From an uncultured virus (IMG/VR IMGVR_UViG_3300030012_003218) (lineage: Duplodnaviria; Heunggongvirae; Uroviricota; Caudoviricetes), in the IMG/VR virus record IMGVR_UViG_3300030012_003218, positions 1 to 64,000 of that record: a DNA stretch of 64,000 nt. One strand, written 5' to 3'. A program made the position numbers and the translations under genes. The notes under the pieces are model-generated. The model was not told the origin of the DNA and searched no databases. It saw only the letters and a list, made by a program, of their open reading frames with translations. Positions 61,356 to 64,000 of this stretch are shown piece by piece. Each line of letters opens with the position of its first letter. The stretch's first letter is position 1.

Positions 61356-61988
61356 TTAGTCATTTACCTGTCTTATATTAGGTATCTGAAAGTCTGACCA
61401 ATCTCTACCTTTTAAATTTACATTATCAAAGTAGAATGTCCATTCGTGTTCACCTGCCCATATTTGTTTTGTGAATCCACTTGGAATCAATGCACCACCT
61501 GCTACATATTCGGGTTCATTGTCAAAGTGTACAGTCACATTTACCTTTACTGTTTCAAATACCTTGGATAAGTCTCGTTCAAATCTTTCGAGTTCTTTCC
61601 ACGGTCCTCTGTTTAGTGATTCGTGTTGAAGTGCACAATTCAGATAGTTAAATGTTTCTCTCAAAGTTTCCTTATCAAAACAATTAAATGCTGCCGCAGG
61701 TGCCATATGACCTTTATCATATACATTTGCTTTGTAGTCATCATTATCTGAAGTTTTCCATCCTTTTGGTTTCCAAAAGTCCATTCCACTTCTACTGATT
61801 TCACCTGTTGGACACATCACTGTATATGTCACTTGAAGAGGTTGTTCATAATCTTCACTATAAACGACATGATATAATTCACCGTCATAGTGTTTGATTT
61901 GTGCGTTCACTGTCATTGCGAATCCCATAAACAGGAAGTACAATAATGCGAACATTAATAGTTTATCTATGTTATCAAATTTTCTCAT
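61356..61988 (-). CDS. DNA/RNA non-specific endonuclease with an N-terminal signal-like segment
   Basis: YDKGHMAPAA, TFNYLN, Q..SLNRGPWKELE. Confidence 0.88.
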   Translation of the reverse strand: MRKFDNIDKLLMFALLYFLFMGFAMTVNAQIKHYDGELYHVVYSEDYEQPLQVTYTVMCPTGEISRSGMDFWKPKGWKTSDNDDYKANVYDKGHMAPAAAFNCFDKETLRETFNYLNCALQHESLNRGPWKELERFERDLSKVFETVKVNVTVHFDNEPEYVAGGALIPSGFTKQIWAGEHEWTFYFDNVNLKGRDWSDFQIPNIRQVND

Positions 61989-62087
61989 AATTTTAAAATT
62001 TACCATGGTTACACTTTCCACTAAGATAGTATTCATTTGATATCTTAATACCTAACCATATATCTTTGAAGAATTTCTTTATTTTTT

Positions 62088-62672
62088 TCATCTCAAATCT
62101 TTTTTCATGTCTTTCTTGACCACTTCCAAATACTTCTTTCGTTTCTTGTCTGATACAAACGGGACTGACCAAAATTGTTTTGTTTTTAACCATCTACTGA
62201 TTTTCCATCCAAATACAAATGTAAATACACCCAACACCAATCTCAATTTGACTGAATTCAAATATAATGTCACAACGGGTAACATTGGTGCTCCATGAGT
62301 TATATATGTCCTAACTTTTTTATCACTTAAGTGTGGTTGTGGATATGCGTATAGTTTCGTGATATTTTTGAAATTATATGCGAATCCAGGCGTTAAGACC
62401 TCGTCAAAGAATATTTCCATTCTTGGAGTTAGTCTGAACCACCAAACAGGTGATATGAAATAAATATGAGTTGACCAAGTTACCATTTTTTTGTATGATT
62501 CAATTAAATCCGTTCTTGGTCTTCTGAAACTATCTCTATATAAGTCTATGATTTTAAAGTCCTCTGATTTCTTGTCCACTTCGTCAACAATGGTTTTGAA
62601 TATCCCATTGTAACAAAATGATTTAGTATCAGGGTGTCCTATTACTATTAGTATTTTCTTTTTTTTATTCAC
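62088..62672 (-). CDS. flavodoxin-fold NAD(P)H:quinone oxidoreductase
   Basis: ILIVIGHPD..SF, IDLY, PVWW, FFDEVLTPGFAY; likely GTG start at 62672. Confidence 0.85.
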   Translation of the reverse strand: MNKKKKILIVIGHPDTKSFCYNGIFKTIVDEVDKKSEDFKIIDLYRDSFRRPRTDLIESYKKMVTWSTHIYFISPVWWFRLTPRMEIFFDEVLTPGFAYNFKNITKLYAYPQPHLSDKKVRTYITHGAPMLPVVTLYLNSVKLRLVLGVFTFVFGWKISRWLKTKQFWSVPFVSDKKRKKYLEVVKKDMKKDLR

Positions 62673-62822
62673 TCTTCGTTTACAATTTTCCAACTGAATG
62701 GTTTTCTGTTTCTTTGATACTGTTCCATACTCCATTCAATATCGTCTGTTTCGATTGTTGTCATGTATGGTTTTGTCGAACAAAACTTTTCTTCCAATAG
62801 TGGTGTTATTTCTATAATGTAT

Positions 62823-63305
62823 TTAGTCATCCATTTCTAATTTACGTTCAAAGTACTGAGCAGAGTCCTGTATTTCAGGATTCTGTTTGATTGTTTGCAT
62901 TGCAATCATATCTTTCATTTTAGTCGTTGACCAACCATGTGCTCTTGTCGTATATACAATCTTTGGTGGTAAGTCATCACCTGTAAATGATTTTCCTATG
63001 TAGTCCTCACCTAAGATTCTTACATCGGGTTTGAAAAACTTAATCAATTCGTAAAGTTCTTCTTCCGTCTGATAAACATAAACTTCGTCAATATATTGTA
63101 TTGCCATCAATGTACGATATCTTTCGTATAATGGAATCACGGGTTTATATTTTGACTTCCTATGAAGTGACGGGTCTCTTTGTAAAAACACTATGAAATG
63201 GTCACAGTGTCTTTTCGCCTCTTGAAAGGTGTATATATAGCCAGGATGAATCAAATCAAAATTACCTGCTGTACATCCTACTATTTTACTCTTTTTCTTT
63301 CCCAC
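62823..63305 (-). CDS. glycerol-3-phosphate cytidylyltransferase-like protein
   Basis: AGNFDLIHPGY, ER...L, IDEV, LGEDY, R.HGWSTT. Confidence 0.85.
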   Translation of the reverse strand: MGKKKSKIVGCTAGNFDLIHPGYIYTFQEAKRHCDHFIVFLQRDPSLHRKSKYKPVIPLYERYRTLMAIQYIDEVYVYQTEEELYELIKFFKPDVRILGEDYIGKSFTGDDLPPKIVYTTRAHGWSTTKMKDMIAMQTIKQNPEIQDSAQYFERKLEMDD

Positions 63306-63933
63306 GTTGTCCTAATAACTTCTTTTTCTTCTTTCTTAAATCTTTTGGTAGGTCCTCTTGACTTGGTGTATGTCCTGTCTCATCTATAACTCTTTGTATA
63401 CAGAACAACCTTGCGTCTTTATCACCTGTACCCCACAACCAACCGATACTACCTTTTATTGATTTGATATCCTCGGTTATCTTGTCTAAACTGTCTTGTA
63501 GTAATTTTTCGTCACTATCATCCAATTTGTAAGAAATGTCATAATCACTTGCGAACTTCAACATTTTCATCAAGTCCTGAGATTCATATGCGTCATTGAC
63601 TTTTTGAAAAGTCCTGTTATCACCACCTACGTCAGGGTGGACTTTAGACGCGAGTCTCTTATATAGATTCTTGACCTTTCTCGGCGCATTCTTAAGAAGA
63701 GTTCTTTGTCTGTCGAGTTCCTCTTCTTTTCGTTTTCTTTCCTTCTTTGCATTTTCGTAATGTGTAGTCGGGTCCTCTATTACGGGTTCCTTCTTCTTTT
63801 TTGGTTTATCGTAAAACTTTTTAAAATATTTATCAAAATCCTTACAATAGGTCTGAAACTCTTCTTCAACCAATTCTCTCTCGAGGTTTAATACCTCAGA
63901 TTTTAGTTTCAACAGTTTCAGTTTTTTGCTCAC
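63286..63933 (-). CDS. J-domain (DnaJ-like) protein
   Basis: YKRLASKVHPDVGGD...FQKVNDAYE. Confidence 0.8.
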   Translation of the reverse strand: MSKKLKLLKLKSEVLNLERELVEEEFQTYCKDFDKYFKKFYDKPKKKKEPVIEDPTTHYENAKKERKRKEEELDRQRTLLKNAPRKVKNLYKRLASKVHPDVGGDNRTFQKVNDAYESQDLMKMLKFASDYDISYKLDDSDEKLLQDSLDKITEDIKSIKGSIGWLWGTGDKDARLFCIQRVIDETGHTPSQEDLPKDLRKKKKKLLGQRGKEKE

Positions 63934-64000
63934 TACTCATCCTTATCAGGTTCATTTACAATCATACACTCAGTAGTAAGTAGTGTTCCACCAACAGAAA

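Noticed and set aside
1..64000. Alternative genetic code (stop-codon recoding)
   Set aside because: Long genes are intact under the standard code, TAG and TGA end genes at sensible positions, and I saw no suppressor tRNA

Overview
A 64-kb segment of a large, AT-rich, T4-like (contractile-tail) phage genome, probably a jumbo phage. Every credible gene lies on the minus strand; the plus-strand ORFs are antisense shadows. From left to right: a tail-fibre module, including a 2798-aa fibre with domain repeats, collagen-like triplets and a mini-intein/Hint domain; a replication block (fused SbcD-SbcC, primase, T7 endonuclease I-like resolvase); a baseplate module (gp6- and gp25-like genes); a gp55-like sigma factor, HD hydrolase, ClpP, UvsE, Hsp20 and a MoxR-AAA/VWA pair; and an accessory region with metabolic and glycan genes, a DUF2589 cassette, four canonical tRNAs, thyA, a PvuII-like nuclease and a roughly 1.2-kb non-coding region. 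Promoters of the form TTTG-N20-TAnnTT(T/A)(G/A), a DUF4494-like gene and a lipoprotein point to a Bacteroidota-type host (inference). The most unusual observations are: (1) every CCNGG I found is flanked as GCCNGG or CCNGGC, including all Pro-Gly codon pairs, and GATC appears absent; (2) a 77-nt tRNA-like RNA with no D-arm at the normal position and a UAU anticodon-like loop sits inside the tRNA array; (3) seven promoters carry a fixed-geometry TTAACA direct repeat; (4) a tRNA-flanked DUF2589 operon; (5) an intein-like domain just before the fibre tip. Family calls come from motif recognition only. Motif counts were made by eye and need computational confirmation.
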